Made by a program: the position numbers and the translations under genes. A stretch of DNA of 53,911 nt from Polymyxa betae A26-41 (lineage: Eukaryota; Protista; Endomyxa: Phytomyxea), in assembly GCA_003693705.1 (NCBI GenBank), contig RBZT01000650.1, forward strand, positions 1-53,911, written 5' to 3'. Shown here in pieces: positions 24,758 to 37,589 of this stretch. Within the stretch, counting starts at the first letter, position 1. Every line of letters starts with the position of its first letter. The notes below the pieces were generated by a model. It was not told the origin of the DNA. It searched no databases and saw nothing but the letters and a program-made list of their open reading frames with translations.

Positions 24758-27581
24758 CTACAGTTGAAATGCGTTCCATATGAATATATTCCCTCCTTGA
24801 CTCGAACTAACAAGCTGTTTGCCATCTGGGCTGAATCTGACACAGGTCAAGCTGCGGGAATGCCCCGTACCCGTCGCTGCAATACAATCGTCAAACTTGT
24901 TTATGATTCTGCAGTGGGACTTACACAACAGCCGCATGGTTCGAATATCAAACAGTTTGGCATAAGTTTTGTCGTCACCGACAGCGAACAAATTACCAGC
25001 AGGGTTGATATCAATCGAACGTCCTTCTGCATCGAGCTCGATTAAGGCAACTGCCTGCAGCAGTCGCAGGTCCCAAAAAGTCACTCGTTTTTCTTGCCCG
25101 ACGCTGACGATTAACGATTCGTCATGGTTGATACTGATATCGTTGATGCCTCCCATATTTTGTCGATGACAAGAAATCCTTAATTCCGTCTATAATCCAA
25201 AGATAGGCAACTAGCGTTTGAACATTAAGAAATTTCTACCTGTAAATCCCAACACAATATGCTTCGATCACGACTACAAGTGACGGCACGCCGATTGTCG
25301 TTATAAATGGCGAGATTGGCCACATAGCCAGTGTGTTCCTTTAAGTGGCATAACAGCTCTCGCTTTCGAATCTCCCAAACCCGAACGTCCCCTTCCATGC
25401 CGCCACTAACCAAAAATTTCTATGGCCTATCAGCAAAACTGCTTCGTTCATAATCAAAGCATACCTCATTCGGGCTGAGACATAAAGCTGAAATTCCACT
25501 GCTGTGCGCGTTGTTAACATGCCAGAGATGGTCTCCAGTTGAGATCTCCATCGAGCGGATCTTGCCATCTTCCCAGCCGCTGATGATGCATTCCTCCGAG
25601 ATCGTCAAACTTGTAGCGATATGCGACTCTGCGCTGCCACTACAGATCAGGCTGTAATCGGAAATGTCCCAGACTCTGAAGTCATCTCCAGTCAGAAAAA
25701 GGATCATAAGCGTCAAGTGCCCGGTCATACTTTATCGTTCCATCGTCCGAGCATGATGCGAACCGATCTGATGCATCTCTCGGGAAAGCCACTGCATGAA
25801 CACAGCCTGAATGACTTTGCGACAGTAACAGCTTCATATCGTGAGGTTTTCTGCAGTGATGCAATACGCAAAGGCTTACATGGTCAGACGGATCAGAAGT
25901 TCTGAGCCGGTACGAGTCCCCGACGCTTGTACCAACAACAGCTTCGCGATAGTCCTGACCGATGGCAATCGTCGAAATACCTCCGCTTAACTTTGACGAG
26001 TATGTTTGTGTAAATTCTTTCTGCATTCCGGTCATTAAAGAACTAATGAACCAGAATGTGGTTGAGCCCAACCGGGGAGTCAGCATGAAATCGCGAAATC
26101 GTGCAATCGCCGCCTCCGACAAGGACGTCCAACGTCATAGTCGGCAATAGTGATTGAACGCCGCCACTGCAAGCATGAAAAGTCGTGCACAATCCTCCGT
26201 TTCGAACCTGATTCGCAACGTCAACATTTAAGAACGCAACTGAGAGAGCTCACATAGAAAACAGAGACATCGCCAGTTGTCGACCCAGCAAACAGATACT
26301 CGGCATCGATAGAAAACTGTATCGCACTAACGACAGTAAGACGAGAAATGGGTATGGACGCCGACATACGAATAAATGCGTTTGAATGATCCAGTTCGAA
26401 GCTAGATAAATAGGCTAATTAAAAACTCTGCTTAAAACCATACGACCCTTACAATATCGTAAGATAATTGCCCAGTACTGGGTGTCAGTTTCCACATATG
26501 AATATAGCTTTCGTCTTTGCCACATGTAGCAAACTGACAATCAAGGGTAGGACGACGTTTCATATCTACACAGAAAACAGTCAGAAAACAGAACATAGCG
26601 AAAGAGACGTTGTCTAACCTTTGACACGTCCGCCCCAAGCAATGCAATTGAAGGGCACTGGTGCAACCTGGCTTGCACCGACAATGTATCCACTGAATGG
26701 GTTTAATAAGTTTAGAAGTTTAAGGCAGGTTTCTCCAACCTGTTCATATCCCAAACAATCAGGCGACCGCTCAGCGCCGATCCGACTGTTACCAAAAAGC
26801 GCTGGATTCAATGAGTGCAATCCATTTACAGTTGATGAGAGTACCTCATCCCACGAGAAGCAGACCGCCGCTATTCCGAACTGATGTTCTTCGAAGCGAT
26901 ACCGGACCGATTTCGTGCCATAGTCCCAGACGATCACATCCGATTCAACACCTTGCTGGCCAGAGACTATCAGCGATCCCTGCGCGAGGGTCTTAGTATA
27001 TCTCTCGCAGACAGACAACTCGATAACAAACAGTTGCAGAGCCCTATAAAAGTAAAATGGATAGGATAGAGAGGAAGCTTATTGGACCATCATGGGCATG
27101 GCCCATGGGTACCTCAAGGGGCTAATGGGCTGCACCCACCAGTCCAGTAACAAACAAAGAAATTGAAAGGCTGAAACGTTTCCTATGAGAGTACAGAGAG
27201 TATGGAAGTAACGGAACAGTCCGAGTTAAGAAAACGGAGAGAGCTCCCTACCGATCTAGTGACATCGATGCATGTGATTGTTTGCGTGTGGCCACTAAGA
27301 AAGGATTGTTCTCGCGGATCATCGAGATTGTTGATGACTGCATTAGACTATAAGGCAAACGCCACCAGTACGACGCTCTGAATACCTAGGCAGGCGCCGG
27401 AGACCACGATGTAGTGTTTGCTGTCTGGGTGCAGGACTATGCCGTTTCGAGCGGCGCTCGTGTATCCGATCGCATGATCGAGCTCGAGAACGGCCTCTGA
27501 CGCATCGACAAGTTCACCGGCGTGTTTCAACACAGTATTGTCGGGTTTCAATGTCGCCCCAGGTCCAAGCACTTGAGCCAT
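24758..27581 (-). CDS. WD40-repeat ciliary protein, CFAP52/WDR16-like, many introns
   Basis: N-terminal LELDHAIGY...NGIVLHPD..HYI, then FLSGHTQTITCI, IVSGQQG..SDVIVWD, QSHSG.V.AVAFP....FASCS.DGTI, IISGWEDGKIR, AH..G..AL, VSGG.EG.VRVW, and C-terminal GHS..LTCVRFSPDGKQLVS. Confidence 0.8.
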
Positions 27582-27676
27582 GTTCGCCTTGAGACTGAGT
27601 CGGATGCTCTCTGTGACAGCAGCTAAACCAACACACCTGAAATCGATCTGGCGATTTCACACAGGTTACATGTTGC

Positions 27677-27760
27677 ATTTGACTTTAGTGGATTGGATTG
27701 GATTGGATTTACTAGTTTGTTGATTTTGTCAACGGGCGGCGCGGTGATTTGACTTTAGTG
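27677..27760 (+). repeat. 14-bp direct repeat flanking a (GGATT)4 microsatellite
   Basis: ATTTGACTTTAGTG at 27677-27690 and 27747-27760; GGATT x4 at 27690-27709. Confidence 0.7.
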
Positions 27761-28300
27761 TATAGAATATCAAGATTCTGTAAATCACCAGGTCTAGCAA
27801 GCAATCTCTAACTACATTTGAGATATGCAATTAAAAATATAATCGAAATTAGTACATTCCCTGTATGGTTTCGTACTGATTTTTAAACAGATTCGCAACG
27901 ATGAGCAACAATTGCTCATCGTTGCTATGGGTATTTTGACAGTCGCTGCTATCACCAGCGTACAATCGGAAGCAACTAAATCAGGATCCATTAACGTGGA
28001 CGATCGCTATGGTCCATATTTCGGACGGGCGTTGTATCCTGTGGGAGCTGTAGCAAAGACGGATTCTGTGGAACCACAGCAAGCATTGCGAATGGTGCGA
28101 TCCGCTTGAACAAGACTGCGAATACCAAGCACAGGATCCGACAAATCCCTATCTCGTACCGGCCCCGTTTCCGCTCACCATCATTGCTGACAATGGAATT
28201 TCAAAATCCAACCACACCTGGCACAAATTTTCGCCCGACACCAAGAGAAACGACGCCAACCAGCTCAAAAAAAGTTATCAGCAAAATTTGACAGTGAAAT

Positions 28301-30500
28301 TTATTGCTCGGGCGTTGGCGGTGAGGGCAGCGAGGACAGCAAACAATCAATAGCTGACTGGCCCATCATTACCTCGATCACACTCGCCATCGCCCAGCAT
28401 GTGGCGATCAGTTTCGAGTCGGGTAGCTCGCAGACAATGAGAATGCTTCCGTATTCGTCACTTGACATATTATCGGCTTCGACAACCGCAGCTTTTTTCT
28501 CAACCAACAGCTGGCGGAAACGGTCAACCGGCCACCGCTGGACGCGTTTGGTCATAAAAGGTAGCAGGACTGAGGCGCCTCCATGGGAGATGCGATAAGG
28601 CGGTGCCCGCGGGTTCTTTCTCCGGCTGCTTTCGAAAACCAGCATACCAGAATGAACAATTTTCAACGGCCTAGCGCCACTGCGATGATAGGTTGCATCA
28701 AGAATTGAATCAACAGCCTTATTGACGAGGTAGACTCGGCCGATCGTATCAAAATTTGAGGAACGGCACCAAAGCTGTCGAGTCGGGAATGACTCCGATA
28801 ACCCAAAAGTGGTTACGAGTTCGTCGAGAACTGCCTGATGCTCGGAGAAGTCGGAGATCCGAAAAAAATTTTCGCCCTTGTTCTTGGTTTTGAGACGTTT
28901 TCGAACTGCATCTATACCGAGAGGTTCGCTAACGGCTGATTTCGATTCATCCAGTACCGCCGAAGATGATTTCTCAAGAACTGTGACAAAGAATCCACCT
29001 GTATCTTGATCGTGAGGCGTCAACCGCAGGCAGCGATCAAGATGGAACGATTCCAGTTCCTCTGGGGTCGGCGGGAACATGGAGGCCCGAAAAGCTTTCT
29101 GAGATTGTTCTGAGACATCGCTGATCGAGCCGTATTCGGTGTCGTGATCGAGAACTTTCCAGGTACTGAGACCTGGACGTCGAACTAGGCCAAACAGACG
29201 GTCGCTAACGTCGAGAAGTGTAACGGTACCACCAGATTGGCGAAGAATTTCGGCAACAACGGCCTCGTTTTCGATTGGATTGAAACTGCAAGTCGAATAG
29301 ACGATGCGCCCGCCAGGTTTCAGCAGCTGTAAAGCTCGTTGCACAATCTGCAGTTGGAGACGATGCAGTCCCACTCCTTGCGATGTCGACCACTTTGCCC
29401 AAACCTCGCTATTTTTTCGAACGGTTCCGTCGCCTATAGCAAGCTAGCATAAGGACATGTCGATTGATAATAACGATAAAATCAGTAACGCTTAAACAGG
29501 GAAAGAGCCTAAACAGAAAACAAGAGCCTTACCAGAACAAGGAACGTCGCATAAAATGCGATCGAAAGAAAGACGGGAATTCTCGGCAGCGACTAAATTC
29601 GGGAAATGCTGCGCCTCGTGATTACAGACGATAAAACTTGGCAGACTGAGCCGATTTAGTTGATGAGTGAGATTATTGGCTCGGACCGGAGATGCATCAT
29701 TGGCAATGACGAACCCATTCGACAGCGATCCCGCTGCACTCATCATCTCAAGAATTTGAGCCGTTTTTGAACCAGGCGCTGCACAAGTATCCAGAACGGC
29801 GTGATCGCTGCTAATATCGAGCAACAAAGCTGGGATCATCGAAACCGCCTATAACGGATTCAGTATAAACTGTTAAAATCCGGATACGAGTGCAACGATA
29901 AGTTTCATAGACCTTGATAGAGAATTGCTAGGTAAAATTCGTTTCAAAGCGTGGTAAAAATCCCAGAAAATGCACAAAAAACCAACTCTAACTAAAGCTC
30001 GCAAAAACACAAAAGAGCATATGCATGAAACGAACCTCCTGACGACTAATGAAGCCGTTTTCGTTGAGCGATGTCAGCCATTTGTTCAGCTCTGAGAGAT
30101 GAGGATGCTTTTTTAGCTGTCGCTTGGTGGCACCAATTTTCCAAGCCATTTCGTCTTTATACCAAGGCAGAGCAATCGGCGCTTTGATCGGGTACTGAGG
30201 ATGAATATTCTCGAGCATTTCGGCGTCCTGAATTCCATCGAAGGCGCCTAGCTTTAGCCGTTCGATGGCGGCACCGACAGGAACGTTGGCATTGAACCGA
30301 AAGGAGATCGGGAGAGGGGTCTCGCACGACGCCTGGAACTTAGCCCATTCGTCGTCGGCAACCAGACCCTGAGCCTGGTAATAACGAATGAACTCTTGGC
30401 TGATGGGGGTCTCCTCCCAACGCTCCTTCTTCCAGACGGCTGCGCCGCTACCGTTGGCATCTCCTGTCTTCTGGCGTTTATAGCAGGAGTGACGACCCAT
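28301..30500 (-). CDS. NSUN2: tRNA (cytosine-5)-methyltransferase NSUN2/Trm4
   Basis: FIRYYQAQ, PLPISFR, ISRQE-AVSMIPALLLD, VLDTCAAPGSKTAQ, VIAND, FDRILCDVPCS-GDGTVRKN, GGRIVYSTCSFNPIENEAVV and PHDQDTGGFFV. Confidence 0.95.
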
Positions 30501-30715
30501 TGCAGGCAGCAAGTAGTTCCGAAAGCTGATTGCTCAAATGTCCGGGGACCTGAAATATTGCACTTGATGATGCAATACAGCCATTACTTCAAGCAAATTT
30601 ACATGCCGTACATTTGTTGAACAGAAAACAATAGTATCGATAGTTGTGACTTTTGCAATGAATCTGCTATGTTCAAGACTGAAATTTCAACAAAAGGTTA
30701 CTCAAAATTTTGTTT

Positions 30716-32044
30716 TTATGTGGAAGGGTCGAATAAATAATGAGACAATGTCAACCCGACTTTTTGGGCAATGGCTGATGCCAGATTGAAATCGATTAAA
30801 CACCGCAGCTTAGTCGCATCCAGAACAGATCGACCAGCATTGATATTCCCAGAAATGATCGCTAAAAATTTCATCGCCGCCAAGTTGGATATCTATAAAG
30901 AATCGTTAGAGGGTGATCTCGATACCTAGATGAGCAGAATACATGTGTGTACACGTCATTGGAGAAGACATCGGAGCTAGAAATATGTTTAAGGATTTCC
31001 AGCATTCGATCAAGAGCAAAATCTTTCGGGCCAAGCTGAAGCTGCGATATCTTCGCAACTTTTCCTTTCGATTCCGAATGTGGCCCTTTTCTGCTCTTTC
31101 GCCTTTTCTCATTTTGAAACACGCTTAGGTCGGACCCAACTGCGAAACATACAAATCAAAAACAGTTTCCGGGACGGTTTACGAGAAACCGACCTGGATT
31201 GTAAGACGCCAGAAACGCGGCTGTCAAGATAAACATCGAGATTCGATTGAGGGCAGGCACGACCAGCTCTGACTGCATTAGAACCTTGTCGTCAGGTATA
31301 GAAAAGTGACATTCCAGCCTCTGATTGATGAAGGGTGTCAACGCTTTCCAAACTGTGAGTGGGTCCTCTGACATCAACCTTTCATAGGTTGGTTTGAGAT
31401 TTGCAATAATATAAGCAAGCTCATCGATGTCGCGCGTTCTAAATCCATCCAGGAGATACGAGATCATCTCTCTCGGCGCCTTCAGTTTCTGCTCAAGTAT
31501 GTCGATCATCTGTCCGTCAGTTAATCGAACGTCAATATATCGGGAAGAGACCGAACTGCATCGAATAATTCTGAAGAGAATGAAAGTTATACAGTAATAT
31601 TAAGAAGTACAAAGAAAAAATTACAGTGGATATCTGGTAGCTACTACCAATCGTAACCCATATAAGATTGAAGGCGCTTGAATGAGGTGAACCAATCCTT
31701 CGGCACCGAGACGAACATGAACACAAACGACTAATTTCCTCTCAGGAAGCGCTACTCGAGTTAACAGGTCGGAAACGCCTAATAGCTCATGAGCACCGTT
31801 CAAATACAAAAAAAACGGATCATAACATTCGAAACTTAGTTCAATTTGAAAAACAGTGACGACAATTTATTTTACCCAATTTCAAGCAAAGCAGCTGAAC
31901 CATTTCAAAGCCGGACAGACCCTGGCATGGCAGCACAATCGCATCCTGGCCGAACGTCTGCCAGTTTCCACTGACGAAGAATAGATTGGGTGGAAGCGGA
32001 TTCTGCAGAGCCCTTTGCAGGCCTTGATCATCGACCACGATCAT
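30716..32044 (-). CDS. ORC5: Origin recognition complex subunit 5 (divergent N-terminus)
   Basis: C-terminal ORC5_C signature ILTAAFLASYNP...LGPKDFALDRML and terminal KLRCLIDF..A.AIA..VGL.L..YL. Multi-exon. Confidence 0.78.
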
Positions 32045-32799
32045 CGCCCAACCATACTAATTGCGCACGACATCACCCTCATGCCCTCATCTCTCACCAA
32101 GTCTGCTTTATTCTCTAAACAGAAAACGCTTCACTGGGCTAAAAAATAGATGAAGTCGATGTCGGCATCAAAACAATCGGATTTGAGGTCACGCTGAAGA
32201 ATGTACAGGCTGACCTGATACTCTCGGAAACTGAAACCGCCAAGAAATGATACAACAAAGATGAGGGGTGCAACTGCAATGGCAAGCGTCGAGAACAAGA
32301 GATCTTCAGGTAAAACAAGAAATTCGTCGGCCTGTATGATGTACCATTACTACCATGCAAAACAAACAAATTTTAATTGTTAGAAGAATGATTGCATTTG
32401 AGATGGATGTTGAAGCTTTGAGGTAGCATCATTCTGGTGGGAAAAAAAGCAAAGCCGTAAAATGCCAAAGTTTGTAGCGGTTGAAATTTCAAGTTTCGAT
32501 TAGTGAACCTCAAGAGTAAAAATCGAGATTGTGTTCAAAGCACGACATTCTGATGGTTATTCACATACCATTGTGAGAATAGTCAATAAATGCAAACGCT
32601 TTCAAGTTGGCCGGGTTAATGCTGATAACATCGTTGGCAGGCGCTGCCATCTTCGAAATCTTGAATCGCTTAAGCAGACTTGTTCATCGGTCAACTGTCA
32701 CCACTCAGTCGTGTTTTGTCTTTGTAAGTCGGAGAGGTATGATTCATTTTGGTATATTCAGTGGCTAACGATCAAGCGAGCTAACAAGTTTTTAAAATC

Positions 32800-33189
32800 A
32801 TGCAAACGATGTTAAAATTCGGTGGATACCCAGGATCGACTTCATCGTCGATGGCAACTTCGTCATTGAATATGGAGCTTTGTGAAGGCGGCGATTCGTA
32901 TATTCTTAAAGTGGATATTCCAGGTTACGAGAAAGACGAAGTCAAGCTGTCGCTCAATAACAATCTGTTGACGATCTCAACCGAGTTGAAAGACGCAGGC
33001 GAATCTCGCCAGAAGAAAGAAGAATTGAAGACGATATTCACGGAGCGTCAATGCGGGGCGTTCTCGCGATCTATTCGCCTTCCAAACGATGTTGATTGCG
33101 GACAGATTTCAGCAAAGCACCATCTTGGGCAGCTCATCGTCACAATGCGGAAGAACCCGGAGAAGAGCAGAACGGTGAACATTGACTGA
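32800..33189 (+). CDS. Small heat-shock protein (HSP20/alpha-crystallin)
   Basis: YILKVDIPGYEKDEVKLSL...LTIS, ERQCGAFSRSIRLP..VD...ISAK...GQLIVTM.K and a C-terminal VNI (IxI-like) motif. Confidence 0.9.
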   Translation: MQTMLKFGGYPGSTSSSMATSSLNMELCEGGDSYILKVDIPGYEKDEVKLSLNNNLLTISTELKDAGESRQKKEELKTIFTERQCGAFSRSIRLPNDVDCGQISAKHHLGQLIVTMRKNPEKSRTVNID

Positions 33190-33538
33190 TTTGCTGTCTG
33201 ATTCGTCTGTTTTGCTGCACGACCTGATATGAAGCAAAGATAATAATAAACCATTTACCCTACGATAGTGGCTGCCAGCTATCGAGTATACACGTGTTCT
33301 AGATTACTGCAGCAACAAGACATGCTCTCTGTCGTCGCTTGAAGTCTGACCGGGCTGTCAGGTGGAGCAAGGTGAGACGCCGCTCTAAGCCAAGCCAAAA
33401 GACTTATACAATATCCCCAACGAATAGATAATGAGAGTGTAGTTAACACAACGAAGATTAGCGCAGTCGTGTGTCGTTCCCGATCCCCTCCTTATCTTTG
33501 TTAGTGGTCCAGTCACTATTCGTTACTCCTTCGTAATT

Positions 33539-36500
33539 ATGAGTGCCTTCCTTGTCGTTCTGACATGCTGCATCGTGTCATGTACCAGAGCAGAAGGTCG
33601 TTGGGGGACATTTCGCCCGGGGGTCTATGCCGGCGTCAAGGCTGATGTTCCTCAAAGTCCGCTTTTTGGTATCATGTTTAACGATGCGCTGAGGCGAGAC
33701 GGATTCGACCGTAAGCTATTGCAGGGGATTTATTTGGATCTTATTGGCTAGATATCCGACATGATTGTGATGATCGTGATCAGATGCAAGAATTTGGATA
33801 TGCTTTCCATGATGGCTTTCATGCTGGAACCCAGATTCTCGCCGATAAGTTCACAGGAATCAATCTAACAAGTTCATTTTTAGAGCATACTGATGAAAAT
33901 GGTCGATTGAGTTAATTGTTTATTCGAATTTTGTTAAAGAACTGTAGGCTCTGGATGGGTGATGCGTATTACGGGTGATAAATTATCCCCTTCGTCTCCA
34001 TTATCGTCTCTGAATCTGTTTTGGTACTTTACACTTGAATCAAATCAACATTCGATTTTCAATTCCAGGCAAAATGTTGGACCTTATACTCGATACTTTA
34101 AGGGAGATTTTGGTGAACTCGGCTTGTACGAGATGGTCAGTTCGAGTTTTATTTTTCTTTTGCTACAGTACATATGTTGATAGGGAGTGGTTTCTGTCAA
34201 CAATTCCCATCCAAGGATTCCTTTTGGTCATCGAAACAAACTTAAAGAATTGAAGTCGGCAATGACAACATCCGCTGCTCTTCCTGCTGGTAAATTTTGG
34301 GAAGTCAAATCTCATTTGAGATCAGCTTTGCGCTCATCGCTTTATACTACTGTGAATCAGCGTATTCATGTAATTTCGAAATCAACCATGAAACAATGAC
34401 TTATAGTACAGTAGGCGTTAGAGACTCATTATCATCTCGAAGAGCAAGCCCAGAAACTGCTTTCTGGTTCCATGAAAGCCTCTAAACCTCCCACTCGTGC
34501 TGAATTGGAAAAAGAAGTTCTAGACGAAGATGATATTGTAATGTTGTTAGATGATCAAGTGGTAAGCACTCGCTTTTCGCATACAATTCCGGTCCTCATT
34601 TATGATCAGGAGAATGGGGCCACGGTCGTTTATGCTCAGCATCTTGTCAATGTTCCATTTCAACTGGATATTGTCTGTATTCCATTGCAGAGTATTACTT
34701 GAAATTCAATCCACGTTTGCGTGCTTATTACTGTTTAGAACATGGTTATCAATCCCCTCTGCTGGACCCGGCTTTTGTTACTGCAGAGCTTCATAAAGCG
34801 AAATTGAAGTTTGAGAACGACTTTGAGTCAAGTTTTGGTCTTGTTGCTAAAGGGCAATATTCTTCTGCAGAAATTGACGCCGCACGAAAGTCATTGTCAA
34901 GCCTGATTGGATCTACCGGGTATGTCAGCTTACATGCCAGACAGGAAATTGCTCAATGATTGCAGATACTTTCATGGCAAGTCAATCGTGATCAGTAGAA
35001 ATACTGGTCAAATTGAGTGGACTGGGCCCTTCTCCTTGAAAGCAATCGCTCCCGCTCGTTCATTTTTTCCCCGTGGATTTCTTTGGGATGAGGGATTCCA
35101 TCAATTGCTTCTCAGCCGTTTTAATTTCACTCAAAGGTTATGGGTACTGTCAGAACGACTAAGTGCCATCTAAATAAGTGCAGTCTAGAGATAATGAAAT
35201 CTTGGGTTGATCTTATTCATGAAGACGGTTGGTTACCACGAGAACAGATTCTCGGTGAAGAGGCTCGAGCTCGAGTATGTGTCATCAGCGTACCATTCTG
35301 CTACATCATAATTCTTGCGTTCAGGTCCCTGCAGAGTTCCAGCCTCAACATCCAAACATAGCAAACCCTCCAACTCTGTTTCTTGCCTTGGAGCAAATAA
35401 TGGCCTTGTAATCTGATAACGAACCCATTTCACTTAATCCTGATAATTTCATTAGGTCATCGAAAAATGAGAATCGAATGTTCCTGTCACAAGATTTGCA
35501 AGTATTAACTGCTGCCTGAAGTGGTAACAATTCAGTCATTTTAATAGGTTTCACAAAAAATCAATTCCCCTTCCGAAGAAGTGATCACCTTCATAAAGTC
35601 GAGCTATCATCGTTTAATGGCTCACTTTGCGTGGATGCTACAAACCCAAGCTGGGTATTAACGATATCAGTTGAAGTATGAACATATTTCTAATCCGTGT
35701 TAGATTGCGAGAAAACAGCTTTCGATGGCAAGGATGCACACATGGTCATTGTCTGGCTTCTGGATTGGATGACTTACCGAGACCTGAGCTGGAGATAGAA
35801 CAAAGTAACTTTATGATTAGCAGCAAGTTCCTTTCACTGACAATAATGGACAAGATCATGTTGACCTTCATAGTTGGGTGGCATACTTGGCCGGGGCAAT
35901 GTCTCGAATTTCAAACGTAATCGGACAAACCGAAAATGCTGTAAAATTCAAAGAAGTTGTTATCTTCTGCATTTGAAGCTTTAATTCTCATTTCATTGTA
36001 GATTGCAGAAGTTTTGACAAAGTCTCTAGACAATTATCATTGGGACTCGAGCCAGAACATGTATGTTGATTCCTACATGTCTCCAATCCCGTCAAAAGGT
36101 AAGTTCTCTGGAACATTGCTCCTTACGGGTTGTAAATAATCACAATTCAGGCCATGTATTTGCAGCTCATGTGGGTTACCATTCATTATTACCTTTTTGT
36201 CTTGGCTTGATCCCTGCATCATCTCCCAAATTGCTTAATGTTCTGGACGCTCTGGCTGATCCAGATGTGTTTTGGACACGGTATGGTATCAGCTCTCTCA
36301 GCATGAAAGATGAGCTTTTCGGTCAAGGAGAAAACTATTGGAGAGGTCATTTCTAGATCGATTCCGTGATCTGCTTTACCTCATTTTAATTGTAGGCCCA
36401 ATCTGGATCAATATGAATTACATGATCGTTTCCGCGTTGCATCGGTAATGATTTCGCACCTGCATAGTATCGGCTCAAAAAATTTACACAGATACGGCCA

Positions 36501-36705
36501 TGTCGAACCTGGGCCTCATCAAGAAAAGGCAAAAGAGATCTACAAGAAATTGAGAGAAAATATAGTCAAGAACATTTTGCAGGAATATCACAGGACGGGA
36601 TATTTGTGGGAGCAGTATAATCCCAGGACAGGGCAAGGACAGAGATCGCATCCATTCACCGGATGGACATCTCTTGTAGTCCTGATTATGTCAGAATCGT
36701 ATTAA
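33539..36705 (+). CDS. MOGS: Mannosyl-oligosaccharide glucosidase (ER glucosidase I, GH63), intron-rich
   Basis: Signal peptide, WGTFRPGVY.G, IRHDC, PARSFFPRGFLWDEGFHQLL, GWLPREQILGEEARARVP, ANPP, LASGLDD.PR, HVGY.SL.PF, YWRGPIWIN.NY and TGYLWEQY....GQGQRSHPFTGWTSL. Confidence 0.95.
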
Positions 36706-36791
36706 CTAAACTAAAAATACATCCCGATTTGAATGCGAGCAAACATTAAACGTAATTGTTATGAGAGTCATGTTAATTATCGGATATGAAT

Positions 36792-37027
36792 TTATTCTTC
36801 ATCCTGGCCGGCAGCCTTCTTCATGTTGCCCTTACGAGCGAACTTCATGTTGCGGACGAACTTCTGGTCCATCTACAATTTCTGATAAGAACGGAGCAAA
36901 GTGAATGCCAAAAAGGTAAACTTACTCCTCGGGTCGAGGTGAAGCGCTGGCGCTTGGGCTTCTTGATGCCGTTCTTGTGGGCCTTGGCAGTCTGGTTATG
37001 GGCGGTGTGATTCTTGCTCTTGGCCAT
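36792..37027 (-). CDS. RPL29: 60S ribosomal protein L29 (eL29)
   Basis: [34 protein letters not shown], one intron, then [26 protein letters not shown]. Confidence 0.97.
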
Positions 37028-37589
37028 GGTCGGTACTTGATCTGAACCGGATCACAGGCTGGGTATAACAAAGGACGATGGATTCATCACGGAATTACGA
37101 ACTCCGTCACGCACATCCGCATCTAACATTAGAGCTGCGGCCATAAAACAATCGGGTTTTCTCCATTTTTTAAAGAAAGTTTGGTTTCTCAATGCTATCC
37201 TACCACATTGGAGAATAAAGAATGCATCCATGCTCTTCCATATTGAGGCAACGCATATGCACTTAGGTTCTCAAATTGTTAACGCTTTCAAAAAAAATCT
37301 TGGGTTTGTAATGTATTTCTTATCACATGGTCTACCGGCATGAATTGTTCATCCAAACGACCAAGGGCCTGCAATGACATGACAGGAGTATCTGCTCGGT
37401 CATGAGATCTAGCGGGACGGACTGACTGCTTCATGTAAACTATGGCCGTTAGACGACGTACGTTTTGATGTACACGTTACAGTGGAGGAGTGGGCTGCTT
37501 TCTCAACTGATGACATGACTCATATCAGATGGCCTTCTTTTCAATTAAAATCGTATGATATCATAGAGATATCGGCATTACTTCATACC

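Noticed and set aside
32130-32330. Coding-like fragment KIDEVDVGIKTIGFEV...
   Set aside because: Internal stop, no start or motif; cannot be assigned to a gene.
32380-32790. Heat-shock elements upstream of HSP20
   Set aside because: Only scattered GAA/TTC triplets; no canonical alternating nGAAn array.
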